From: Candidatus Anammoximicrobium sp.
GTDB lineage: Bacteria; Planctomycetota; Planctomycetia; Pirellulales; Pirellulaceae
Direction of reading: 5' to 3'
Assembly: GCA_032229885.1 (NCBI GenBank)
Contig: JAVYAJ010000193.1
Span: forward strand, 2,904 to 66,903
Length of the DNA stretch: 64,000 nt
A program made the translations under genes and the position numbers. A model generated the notes under the pieces. The model was not told the origin of the DNA. It made no database searches and was given only the letters and a program-made list of their open reading frames with translations. The first letter of the stretch is position 1. Each line of letters starts with the position of its first letter. This document shows, one piece after another, positions 9,805-18,378 of this stretch.

Positions 9805-10686
9805 TTATCTGCCCGGCATCAGCTCGGCATCGCGTAGCACGCGGCCGCTCGAGCGTTCCTCTGGCGTCTGTGGAAATCCCTGGGTGACCAGTTCGCCGAG
9901 GTCGAAGCGGAACCGCTGGGCGGTCGACACCTGGCGGGCGCGGGCCGCGAGATCCTCGCGGTCGAGCGGCTGGCGTCGCGGCAGGGCCAACAGAATTCGG
10001 TTGCCGGCGTGCGGGACGGTGAGTACGCACAACTCGTCGAAGACCTCGCGATAGGTGCGAATCATCGAATCGTACAGGCGGTTGGACGCTCGACTCCAGA
10101 CGTTGCCGACGACCACGCCGTTGGGCTTTACCGCGCGGCGCACGGCGCGCAGAAACTCGTACGTCGTCAGGTGCGCCGGTACGCTGTCGCTGCTGTAGGC
10201 GTCCAGAAAGATCAGATCGTATGGCTGTCGATAGCGTTCGATGAACTCGCGTCCGTCGCCTACATGCGCCCGCAGGCGGCTGTCCTCGCGAAATCCAAAG
10301 TACTGCTTGGCCACGAAGACCACTTCGGGGTCGATGTCCACGACGTCGATCTCGGCGTCGGGATAATAGTGCCGCAGGAACATCGGCAGCGTTCCGCCGC
10401 CCAGGCCGACGATCAGGATGCGGCGGGGTTGCTCGCACAGCGCCAAGCTGGCCATGGCCACCCGGGCGTATGGCAGTTCGAGGTGCGCGGGATCGCCCAG
10501 CTTGACGACGCTCTGTCGAGCGCCGGCTGGCTCGAACCGCAGGATCCGAAACCCGTCTTCGTCCGTGACGAGGACTCGGCCGAAGGCAGACGCCTTTTCA
10601 TAGACCAACGTCTGATCCGCGCGGGCCAGCATGGCCAACACGACAAAGGTGATCGTTCCCGCGTACAACGACAGGCGAAGAAGCAT
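9805..10686 (-). CDS. Spermidine-synthase-like (polyamine aminopropyltransferase family) protein with N-terminal membrane/signal helix
   Basis: ORF 9805..10806 has an internal ATG at 10686 that gives MLLRLSLYAGTITFVVLAMLARA. Rossmann SAM-type motifs are present: ILIVGLGGGTLP, VVDIDPEVV, DLIFLDAYS. Confidence 0.8.
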   Translation of the reverse strand: MLLRLSLYAGTITFVVLAMLARADQTLVYEKASAFGRVLVTDEDGFRILRFEPAGARQSVVKLGDPAHLELPYARVAMASLALCEQPRRILIVGLGGGTLPMFLRHYYPDAEIDVVDIDPEVVFVAKQYFGFREDSRLRAHVGDGREFIERYRQPYDLIFLDAYSSDSVPAHLTTYEFLRAVRRAVKPNGVVVGNVWSRASNRLYDSMIRTYREVFDELCVLTVPHAGNRILLALPRRQPLDREDLAARARQVSTAQRFRFDLGELVTQGFPQTPEERSSGRVLRDAELMPGR

Positions 10687-10912
10687 GGGCGAGCACTCCT
10701 GCAAGGCGAATTGCGCAACAACTGCGTTCGATCGTTCGGACGCTGCCGCGCCGGGGCGGCAGCCCGAGTCGCGCGTGGCACGTTTGGGCATTGTATCGCA
10801 CGGCATGTTGGCCCGTTAATCAGCCTGCGGCTTTTTGTCCACCGCATCCGCGCCGTGGATGCAGGATCGGGCCCAGGGTCAATATCCGGGATGGCGCGGT
10901 GGCGACCGCAGC

Positions 10913-11013
10913 GAAGTGCGCCGTCCTGGAGCGACGCGCTCCGTCGCGTCCGTTGCGTTGCGGCACGCACTGGCGCGCCCACCCGGGTGCGGGCACGCGT
11001 GGAGCGCGGCCCT
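10913..11013 (+). repeat. Dispersed structured repeat, copy 1 (degenerate second hairpin)
   Basis: gaagtgcgccgtcctggagCGACGCGctccgtCGCGTCCgtt... shares the core GGAGGGACGCGCTCCGTCGCGTCCGT with copies at 13576, 33183 and 42071. Confidence 0.75.
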
Positions 11014-11196
11014 AGCCGACCGAAGATCGGCGCTGGCTCGCGAAGCGCGGATTGCCCAGCTGGACCCAACCGCGTCCAGAAGCTACCTTGCGAAGGCTCG
11101 GACGTCGTGGCTGGGAGGCCGACGCGCGTTCGTGCGGCGCGGGTGCCCTGGCAAGCCGCGCTCTCTCCAATACTCGAACAAACAAGGTGACGCCCC

Positions 11197-12510
11197 GTGA
11201 CACACAGATTGCTCGTGATTGCTTGGCTGGCGTGCTGTGCGATGCCGGCGCAGGCCGAAAACTGGCCTCAATGGCGCGGACCGCTGTTCAACGGCTCGAC
11301 TCCGGAAACGGGATTGCCGGCGCAATGGAGCCGGACTGAAAACGTCGTATGGAGCGTCCCGCTGCCCGGTGCGGCCGCGGCGACGCCGGTGGTTTGGGAC
11401 GATCATGTTCTGGTCAGCGGCATCGACGCCGAACGCGATGCGCTGGTGGCGGCGTGTTACCGCCGCGCCGACGGCGCGCGGCTGTGGCAGCACGACGTGG
11501 CGGACGGGGTCAGCCGGGATTATCGCAGCAACTTTGCCTCCGGATCGCCCGCGACCGATGGTCGGTTGGCGTATTTCTTCTACGGCAGCGGCCAGTTGGT
11601 CGCCTATGCGTTGGACGGCCAGCGGCGTTGGGCTCGGAACATCGAGCAGGACTACGGACCGTTCGCGTTCCAGTGGACGTTCAGCAGCAGCCCGCTGGTG
11701 TTCGGCGACAAGCTATACATCCAGGTTCTGCAGCGAGACGTACCGGTCGAAGGCCGTGGCACGCCCGACCGGTTCAACGAATCGTACTTGCTGGCGCTGG
11801 ATCCGCGGACGGGCCGCACGCTGTGGCGGCAGGGACGCGCCAGCCAAGCCGTGGCGGAATCGCGCGAAGCCTACTCGACGCCGATCCCCTGCCGCGTGGG
11901 CGACGCCTTCCAATTGCTGGTGGCGGGCGGCGACGACTTGACCGGGCACGACCCGGAAACGGGCGCCGAACTGTGGCGCTGGGGCACCTGGAACCCCGAA
12001 CGGATCGGCCATTGGCGACTGGTGCCCTCGCCGGTCGCCGGCGACGGGATCATCCTGGTCTGCGCGCCCAAACGCGATCCCGTGTACGCCATCCGTGCCG
12101 GCGGCAGCGGGTTGCTGGACGACAGCGCGTTGGCCTGGACGAGCCGCGACACGCGGGCCGTCTCGAGCGACGTGCCGACGCCGGCCTTTTATGACGGCGA
12201 CCTGTTCGTGCTGAGCGATGTCCGCAAGAGTCTGTCGCGAGTCGAGCCGCGGACGGGCCGCGTCAAATGGACGGTCGCGACGCCGGGCAACGCCAAGTAC
12301 GAAGCCTCGCCGCTGGCCGCCGACGGCAGGCTGTACACGATCAATTTCGATGGCCAGGTCGCCATCTTCGATGCCGCAGACGGCCAGTTGTTGCGCACGA
12401 TTTCGATGGACGAGCCGACCAAGGGCGAGATGGTGCGAGCCTCGATCGTCGCCGCCCACGGCCAATTGTTCATTCGCACGACGCGACGGCTGTACTGCAT
12501 CGGTCGATGA
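11197..12510 (+). CDS. Secreted PQQ-like (BamB/YVTN-type) beta-propeller repeat protein
   Basis: 437 aa with a GTG start. Signal peptide (LLVIAWLACCAMPAQA), then NWPQWRGP and repeated W...G...SSP blades. Confidence 0.85.
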   Translation: MTHRLLVIAWLACCAMPAQAENWPQWRGPLFNGSTPETGLPAQWSRTENVVWSVPLPGAAAATPVVWDDHVLVSGIDAERDALVAACYRRADGARLWQHDVADGVSRDYRSNFASGSPATDGRLAYFFYGSGQLVAYALDGQRRWARNIEQDYGPFAFQWTFSSSPLVFGDKLYIQVLQRDVPVEGRGTPDRFNESYLLALDPRTGRTLWRQGRASQAVAESREAYSTPIPCRVGDAFQLLVAGGDDLTGHDPETGAELWRWGTWNPERIGHWRLVPSPVAGDGIILVCAPKRDPVYAIRAGGSGLLDDSALAWTSRDTRAVSSDVPTPAFYDGDLFVLSDVRKSLSRVEPRTGRVKWTVATPGNAKYEASPLAADGRLYTINFDGQVAIFDAADGQLLRTISMDEPTKGEMVRASIVAAHGQLFIRTTRRLYCIGR

Positions 12511-12554
12511 TCCGCGCGGACCGATGATCCGCGTCGGCGATTGATCCGCGCGGG
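12505..12554 (+). repeat. 17-nt tandem repeat x3 (GATGATCCGCG core) overlapping the stop codon of the propeller gene
   Basis: TGA occurs at 12508, 12525 and 12542. The 17-nt spacing places TGA in all three frames. Confidence 0.8.
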
Positions 12555-12753
12555 CTGCGCTCTCGGCGGCTGTCTTCGACAGCGATTCGTCCATGCGATA
12601 ACACATGTCGCGTCGTCCGCCGGACTGGGCGGATTGTTGCACGGCGTTCTTCCGAGCGCCAGCGCCGCTGCGTTGAGAATAGGTAGGCGTGGCCTGATGA
12701 ACCCCGCGTCCAAACGGGTCGATCGTTCGACCTGTTTCGGCCTGTGTCGAGCC

Positions 12754-13164
12754 TTAGCCCAGCAACCGATCGACGCTGTCCAGCAGGCGGTCCATGGCGA
12801 ACGGTTTGCGAATATAATCATCGACGCCGAGCATCTCGGCGTACGCTTTGTGGCGGCTGCCCTCGTTGGCCGTCACCATGATGATCCGTAGCGGCACCGG
12901 CCGTGTGCGGCGCAGGCGTTCGAGCACCAGAAAACCACTGCGTTTGGGCATCATCATATCCAGGATCACTAGATCCGGATCCTCGCGTTCGGCCATCGCC
13001 AAGCCCTGGTTGCCATCGCGAGCGACCAGGATCTGGTATCCGCGAGCTTCGAGCGCGTATCGCATTGCTTCGATGATCTCCGCATCATCGTCAACCAACA
13101 GAATCCGCTTCGCCGCTTGTCGGTCGGCCATGCTCTCGTGTTCCTTCGTAACGTCCTTGGCCAT
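12754..13164 (-). CDS. Single-domain response regulator (CheY-like receiver)
   Basis: KRILLVDDD...DLVILDMMMPKRSGF...IIMVTA...DDYIRKPF. The start is uncertain, between 13197, 13164 and a later Met. Confidence 0.85.
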   Translation of the reverse strand: MAKDVTKEHESMADRQAAKRILLVDDDAEIIEAMRYALEARGYQILVARDGNQGLAMAEREDPDLVILDMMMPKRSGFLVLERLRRTRPVPLRIIMVTANEGSRHKAYAEMLGVDDYIRKPFAMDRLLDSVDRLLG

Positions 13165-13575
13165 CGTCGTCTGCCACCTCCGCATAAAATGCGTCATATC
13201 CGATATACGGCTATTATTACCGAAACTTGTCGATTTAGGAATATGGCTCAGGGTCGATCGCTAGGCTTGCGCCCATTTGCGATACAAAGGGTATCGTCCT
13301 TCGCACGGTTCGCCAAGGCGAGCAAACAAAGATGCCTCGTGCGTCGTCCGGCCGCTGACGCCGCGTGGTCCGCAGATGTTTTGGCGTGGAAATCGCCACG
13401 CGACCGGCGGCGTCCCCCCTCGTTCCCGCCGTCAAAAATTTCCGCCGCGGGGAACGTGTGCCCAACGGCGCGGCGTTCGAGGTTCTGGTCTATCCGATGA
13501 CGCGATCCTGGGCGCGCGATCGTTCTTGGATCGTAGCCGCGTGACAGCCGCGCGTCGCGTGGCGTCCGCAGCATA

Positions 13576-13673
13576 GCGCTCCGTCGTGGAGGGACGTGCG
13601 CCGTCGCGTCCGTGGGGTTTCGTCACGGTCGGTCGCATCCCCCGGCCGCGGCCACGACGCCGCGTGGCCCTCC
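13576..13673 (+). repeat. Dispersed structured repeat, copy 2
   Basis: GGAGGGACGTGcgccgtCGCGTCC ... GGCCACGacgccgCGTGGCCCTCC: two 7-bp hairpins enclosed by GGAG...CTCC. Confidence 0.8.
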
Positions 13674-13945
13674 AGTGCGACATAGGTTTGTCTCGGCGAG
13701 ATGCGGACCAGGCTGGCAAACTAGGCAACGACCGCCCGTAGGGCACGACGAATTCGGACTCGCGGTTCGCGACGGAACCGTGGCACGGCGGATGACGCGC
13801 GCCTGCTGCTGGACGATGGCGAAAACGTTGCTGGACGCGGCTTGCTATTATAGGCTGTGGGTCGGTTCCTACGGGCGACCGCGTGTGCGGGCATGGTGCA
13901 AAAGCCTGCTCACGACTCTTCGAGACAGATGCAAAGGATTGAGAC

Positions 13946-16900
13946 ATGACATCGTTGATCTGTGCGCTCGCGACCCAGCTTGTCGCGTTCGGCGCGGCGG
14001 CCGACACGGCGGCCCGGGACGTCGCACCGCCGAAGACCCTGCTGGTTTGCGGGTCCGCCGACAACCCTGTTTCCCAGGGCCTGGCGGCGTTGGACGTGCC
14101 GCACCAACGAGCGACGGTCGCCGCGTATCGCGAAATGTCGCCGTTCGACTTTGACCTGATCATCTGGGGCTTGGACGAGAGCCGCGCGGCGCTGCGGGAC
14201 GATGCGTCGGTGATCGAGGCGTTCGTCCGGGCGGGCGGCGTGTTTTTGGGGTTTCGATCGAGCGACGAAGACGCTTGGCTGCCCGTGCCCGTGCGGCGCG
14301 ATAAAGCGTATGCCTTTGGCGAAATCCTACAGCCCGAGCATCCGATCTTTGGCGGGCCGCATCGACTGGGGCGCGAACACCTGACTCAGGTCCATGGCGG
14401 CAGCATCTACCGCGGGTTATTCGCACTGGGGCCGGGTTGGGTTCCGCTGGTCAGCACCGGCAAGCCGCAGGACTGGGACAAATCCGCGGCCTTGGACGAC
14501 GGACCGCATTACGGGATCGTCGAGCTGCCGCTGGGCAAGGGTCGGATCGTGCTGGTCCAGATGATCCCCGCTTACCATTGGTTCCACGACGCGGAGGGCG
14601 ATGCCAACGCGGCCGGCGCGATGCTGTTCGAGAACTTGGTGCGCTATGCGATCGACCGCGCGCCGCGATCGGCCGCAGACCGCCCGCCGCGGCAACGGCC
14701 CGCCGATTTTGTGACCTCGTATCAGGATCTGTTCCGCACGCCCCAGCGCGGCGATGGCTTGTCGCTGGCCGATCCTGCCTGGAAGGCGTCGTCCGAAGGG
14801 CCGTATTCATGGCAGGTGGATCGTCGCGGCGTGCTCACGCTGACGCATGTCGACACTCCCAGCAAGGCGGGCAACTTTATCCAATTCAGCCGCGCATTGC
14901 CGGTTCCCGAGAGCGGCGGCCCCGTGACGTTGCGGTGGTACTATTCGGACACCTATTGCGGCGGCCGCGAGCGGATTCTGGGCGGCGCCCAGCACGGCCA
15001 GACGGCCCAGGAAAACTTCAAACGCAGACGCCGCGTCGCGTCGGTGCTGGTCGACGGCGCGCCCGTCTGGACGCAGGACGTGTTGGGCCTCAATCCACAG
15101 CCGACGAGTCTTCGGTTTCACCAGGCGCAGTTGTCGCTGCCATCGGATCGAGCCGCGGACGGCATCAAGCTGGCGGTGCGGATCGACGACCTCCAAGATT
15201 CCGGCGACGACCCGTTTGCGATCGACACCTTTTTCGGCGCGATCGAGTTGATCCCGAACCTGTCTCGCGAAGCGATCACTGCCGCGGAAGGGACGGGCGA
15301 CGGATTCGAGTCGGCCGGGACGACGGGCATTCGATTGAAGGGCAATTCAGGCTCGTACCAGGTCGCCCATCGCGGGGCGGCGGGCCGGTACGCCATTGCC
15401 GTGTGCCTGCGGGACGAACACACGGGCCAATCGTCGCTGCGCATCCGGGCTGGCGATCAGATCGCGGGCCAGTGGACGCTGTCCGCCGACGATCATCACA
15501 CCTATTGGGTCGCGACGCCGCCCTTGACGCTTTCGCCGGGAACACCGATTCAGATCGAGGCCCAGCGCGATGGCGACGAGACCGTGACGCTTTTCGAGTG
15601 GGCGATCATTCCCGAACGACTGCTGGCCCGACCCGCGGCGACGCACGGCGAGGGTGCGTTGCCGACACAGGCGGGACGCGAGACGCAAACGTCGCAGCGA
15701 AAAACGGCCGCGTCAACAACGCCTGCGTCAACAACGCCCGCGTCAACACCAGCGGCCTCGCAGCCCGTGCGTTTTTCGGTTGCAATCGCCGAGCTTGCCG
15801 GCGCGGCGCGGCGCGACGAGATCGCTGCCCAGGGGCTGCCATTTCCGTGCGGCTGTTTGCGGCGACCCGACGCGATTCGCGTTCGCGCGCCCGATGGCCA
15901 GTCGGTTCCTGTCCAGACCCGCCAGATCGCGGCGTGGCCCGACGGGACGGCCAAGAGCATCGTGGTCGCGTTTCCGGCTCGCGTGGACGCGCACGGCGTC
16001 GCCGAGTACAGGGTCGAAGCGGGCGCTGGCGTCGAACCCGAGCCGCCAGCGGGCGGGCTGACGGTGCGCGCCGACGACGGGCGGCTGACGATCGACACCG
16101 GCGTGATCATGGCCACGGTCAGCACCCGCCACGGCCGCATCGTGGACGAGATTCGCCGAGGCGAGCGCGTTTTGAAGGCGGCGGACGAAGTGTGGGATCT
16201 GGCCCTGGAAGACGAATCGGGCCGCGTGGTTCGCACGCGCGACGCAGCCGTGGCGGCGACGCAGGTCGTCGAGTCCGGTCCGTTGCGGGCCTTGATCGTG
16301 CGCACCGGTTCATTTGTCGATGCGGCCGGCGCGCTGATCGACTATCGACTGCAGCTCGAGGCCACGGCGGGCTCGGATGCGTTGCGGGTCTACGCCCAGA
16401 TCATCAATCGCGAGGACGAGCCCGAGGTGTATCTGAAACGTTGGTCGCTGGATCTGGATCAGGCCGCGTCGGGCGGGCGTGTGTGGATCGACGCGGCGCA
16501 GACGGCGGCCGCGGCCGCCGGGGACGTGCTGTACCAACATCGCGAAGACACGTTGACGTGGACGGGCGCCGATGGGCGTCGGGAACGCCAGGCCGGCGCG
16601 TCGCCGGGTTACGTGCGGCTGGACGGGCTGGCGGTCGGCACGCGCTGGTTCTGGCAGCGATTTCCCCAGGCGATCCGTTTCAGCGATCACGGCGTGCGTT
16701 TCGACTTCATCCCCCAGGCGTTCGATGATCGCGATCTGCCGACGCGGTGGGCGGAACGGATGCGGCAGACCACGGACCGCTATCCCGTGGGCGGCGTCGG
16801 TTATCCGCAATCGCCCGGCAAGATGGGCCTGTGCCGCTTGGCGCGGGGTCAAGCGTTCAGCCAAGAGATCCTGTTTGTGCTGGACGGCAAACGGACCGAG

Positions 16901-18160
16901 GCGACGGACGCGGACGTGTTCGCGGCCTTGGCCGCCCCGCTGCGCGGCGTTGCATCGCCGCGATATACGGCCGACACCGGCGTGTTCGGCGAGTTTCTAC
17001 CGGCCGATTCGGACCGTTATCCAGAGTATGAACGGGGCGTCGAGCAGACCTATCAGCAAATCCTCGCCCAACGCAAGAAACGGCGCGAGTACGGCTTCAT
17101 GAGTTTTGGCGACTGTACGTTCGAGTGGGGCTACGGCCCGTCGTACACGTACTGGAGCAACGAAGAGTACGACCATCATCACGGCTATGCGATTCAGTAT
17201 CTGCGCAGCGGCGATCCTCGTTGGTGGGAGTTGTGCGAGCCTGCCGCGCGGCACTATCGCGACGTCGTCGTGATTCACCATGCCCCGCCGGACAGCCTGC
17301 AGCAGGGCGGACCGCGGCACCACAATGCTACGTCGCTATGGATGGCTCAGGATCCCGAACAGTATTGGATTGCAGATCATGCCTGCGCCGGCGCCAGCGC
17401 GGGTCACAGTTGGGTCGAAGGGATGATCGACTATTGGCTGCTGACGGGCGATCCGTGGGCCGAAGAGGTGATCCATTCTCTGGAGAACTGGTACTGCGAC
17501 ATCGCCGAGAACAACCGGTTCGGCGCGGGCGGCCAGGAGCGCGGCCCGGGCTGGGCGCTGATCGCCATCTCGGCGTTGGCCAAAGCGACGGGGCGCCCGC
17601 GAACGTACAACGCGGGTCGGATCGTATCCGACTGGATCGTCCAGTGGCAGGATCCGATCCGTGGCGTCGTCTCGGTCCCGATCTCCGAGCAGCCCAGTTA
17701 TGAAGGCGGCTCGACCTTCATGCACGGAATCGTCGGCCGCGGCCTGGGCCGTTGGTACGACGTGACCGGCGACGAACAGGTCCGCCGCGCCGTGGTGGGC
17801 ATCGCCGAGTGGATGACGACCGAGCCGATGGGCGAGCCGGGCACGTTTTGGTACAAGCAAAGCCCGCAGAACAGCCGTCGCTATTCGCCCACCGACCAGT
17901 GCTTGAGCGGGCTGACGTACGCGTATCGGCTGAGCGGCGATCCGTGGTTCGCCCAGGTCGCCGAAGCCCTGGTCGCTCGCACCCGTCCCAACCGCCGCTC
18001 GATCTGCTGGTATCCCCAGGCACTGGCCCATCTGGCCCCGCCCGTGCTAAACGAGCAGCCAAACCGAGTGGGCTCAAAAGAGGCGACGTCGGACGACAAC
18101 TCGCGAGCGAAATCGCGGCGCGGCAGCTCGAGCGCCGACCCCGGCGTCGATCGACAATGA
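13946..18160 (+). CDS. Large secreted multidomain protein (GATase1/ThuA-like N-domain, beta-sandwich modules, C-terminal alpha/alpha-toroid-like domain)
   Basis: 1404-aa ORF with a short N-terminal signal-like segment. The LLVCG...DLIIWG...GGVFLGF layout resembles class-I glutamine-amidotransferase-like folds. A Thr/Pro/Ala linker (TAASTTPASTTPASTPAAS) is encoded by a 15-nt repeat near 15700-15760. The C-terminal His/Trp-rich helical repeats (HHHGYAIQYLRSGDPRWWE..., GHSWVEGMIDYWLLTGDPWA) resemble glycoside hydrolase/lyase toroids. Confidence 0.8.
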   Translation: MTSLICALATQLVAFGAAADTAARDVAPPKTLLVCGSADNPVSQGLAALDVPHQRATVAAYREMSPFDFDLIIWGLDESRAALRDDASVIEAFVRAGGVFLGFRSSDEDAWLPVPVRRDKAYAFGEILQPEHPIFGGPHRLGREHLTQVHGGSIYRGLFALGPGWVPLVSTGKPQDWDKSAALDDGPHYGIVELPLGKGRIVLVQMIPAYHWFHDAEGDANAAGAMLFENLVRYAIDRAPRSAADRPPRQRPADFVTSYQDLFRTPQRGDGLSLADPAWKASSEGPYSWQVDRRGVLTLTHVDTPSKAGNFIQFSRALPVPESGGPVTLRWYYSDTYCGGRERILGGAQHGQTAQENFKRRRRVASVLVDGAPVWTQDVLGLNPQPTSLRFHQAQLSLPSDRAADGIKLAVRIDDLQDSGDDPFAIDTFFGAIELIPNLSREAITAAEGTGDGFESAGTTGIRLKGNSGSYQVAHRGAAGRYAIAVCLRDEHTGQSSLRIRAGDQIAGQWTLSADDHHTYWVATPPLTLSPGTPIQIEAQRDGDETVTLFEWAIIPERLLARPAATHGEGALPTQAGRETQTSQRKTAASTTPASTTPASTPAASQPVRFSVAIAELAGAARRDEIAAQGLPFPCGCLRRPDAIRVRAPDGQSVPVQTRQIAAWPDGTAKSIVVAFPARVDAHGVAEYRVEAGAGVEPEPPAGGLTVRADDGRLTIDTGVIMATVSTRHGRIVDEIRRGERVLKAADEVWDLALEDESGRVVRTRDAAVAATQVVESGPLRALIVRTGSFVDAAGALIDYRLQLEATAGSDALRVYAQIINREDEPEVYLKRWSLDLDQAASGGRVWIDAAQTAAAAAGDVLYQHREDTLTWTGADGRRERQAGASPGYVRLDGLAVGTRWFWQRFPQAIRFSDHGVRFDFIPQAFDDRDLPTRWAERMRQTTDRYPVGGVGYPQSPGKMGLCRLARGQAFSQEILFVLDGKRTEATDADVFAALAAPLRGVASPRYTADTGVFGEFLPADSDRYPEYERGVEQTYQQILAQRKKRREYGFMSFGDCTFEWGYGPSYTYWSNEEYDHHHGYAIQYLRSGDPRWWELCEPAARHYRDVVVIHHAPPDSLQQGGPRHHNATSLWMAQDPEQYWIADHACAGASAGHSWVEGMIDYWLLTGDPWAEEVIHSLENWYCDIAENNRFGAGGQERGPGWALIAISALAKATGRPRTYNAGRIVSDWIVQWQDPIRGVVSVPISEQPSYEGGSTFMHGIVGRGLGRWYDVTGDEQVRRAVVGIAEWMTTEPMGEPGTFWYKQSPQNSRRYSPTDQCLSGLTYAYRLSGDPWFAQVAEALVARTRPNRRSICWYPQALAHLAPPVLNEQPNRVGSKEATSDDNSRAKSRRGSSSADPGVDRQ

Positions 18161-18378
18161 GACCGGCAGCGATGACACCCTCGTGGAAGCGGCATCCGGC
18201 CGCTTGTCGGTCGTGGCGTCGATCGATAACGACGCCCGCAGCAATGACATCGGCAGCAATGACAACACCGCCCGAGGCACAAAGGAATGCCCGCGGCCGG
18301 GGCGGCGGCGATTTGCGATTTGGCAGAGATGGGCGTCGCGTTGACAAACAGCGAGCGGCTCGGTTACCCTGCACAGCG

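Noticed and set aside
10783-10798. TGGCACGtttgGGCAt sigma-54-like motif; also TGGCACGtttcCTCGC at 56917
   Set aside because: The GG-to-GC spacing is off by one (N9 at 10783, N11 at 56917) and the -12 TTGC element is missing. Only the site at 56816 fits the consensus.
14437-16728. 763-aa alternative-frame ORF inside the 1404-aa gene (and several - strand ORFs from 14160 to 18413)
   Set aside because: Arg/Gly/Pro-rich nonsense-like sequence. The 13946..18160 frame has balanced composition and domain-like segments.
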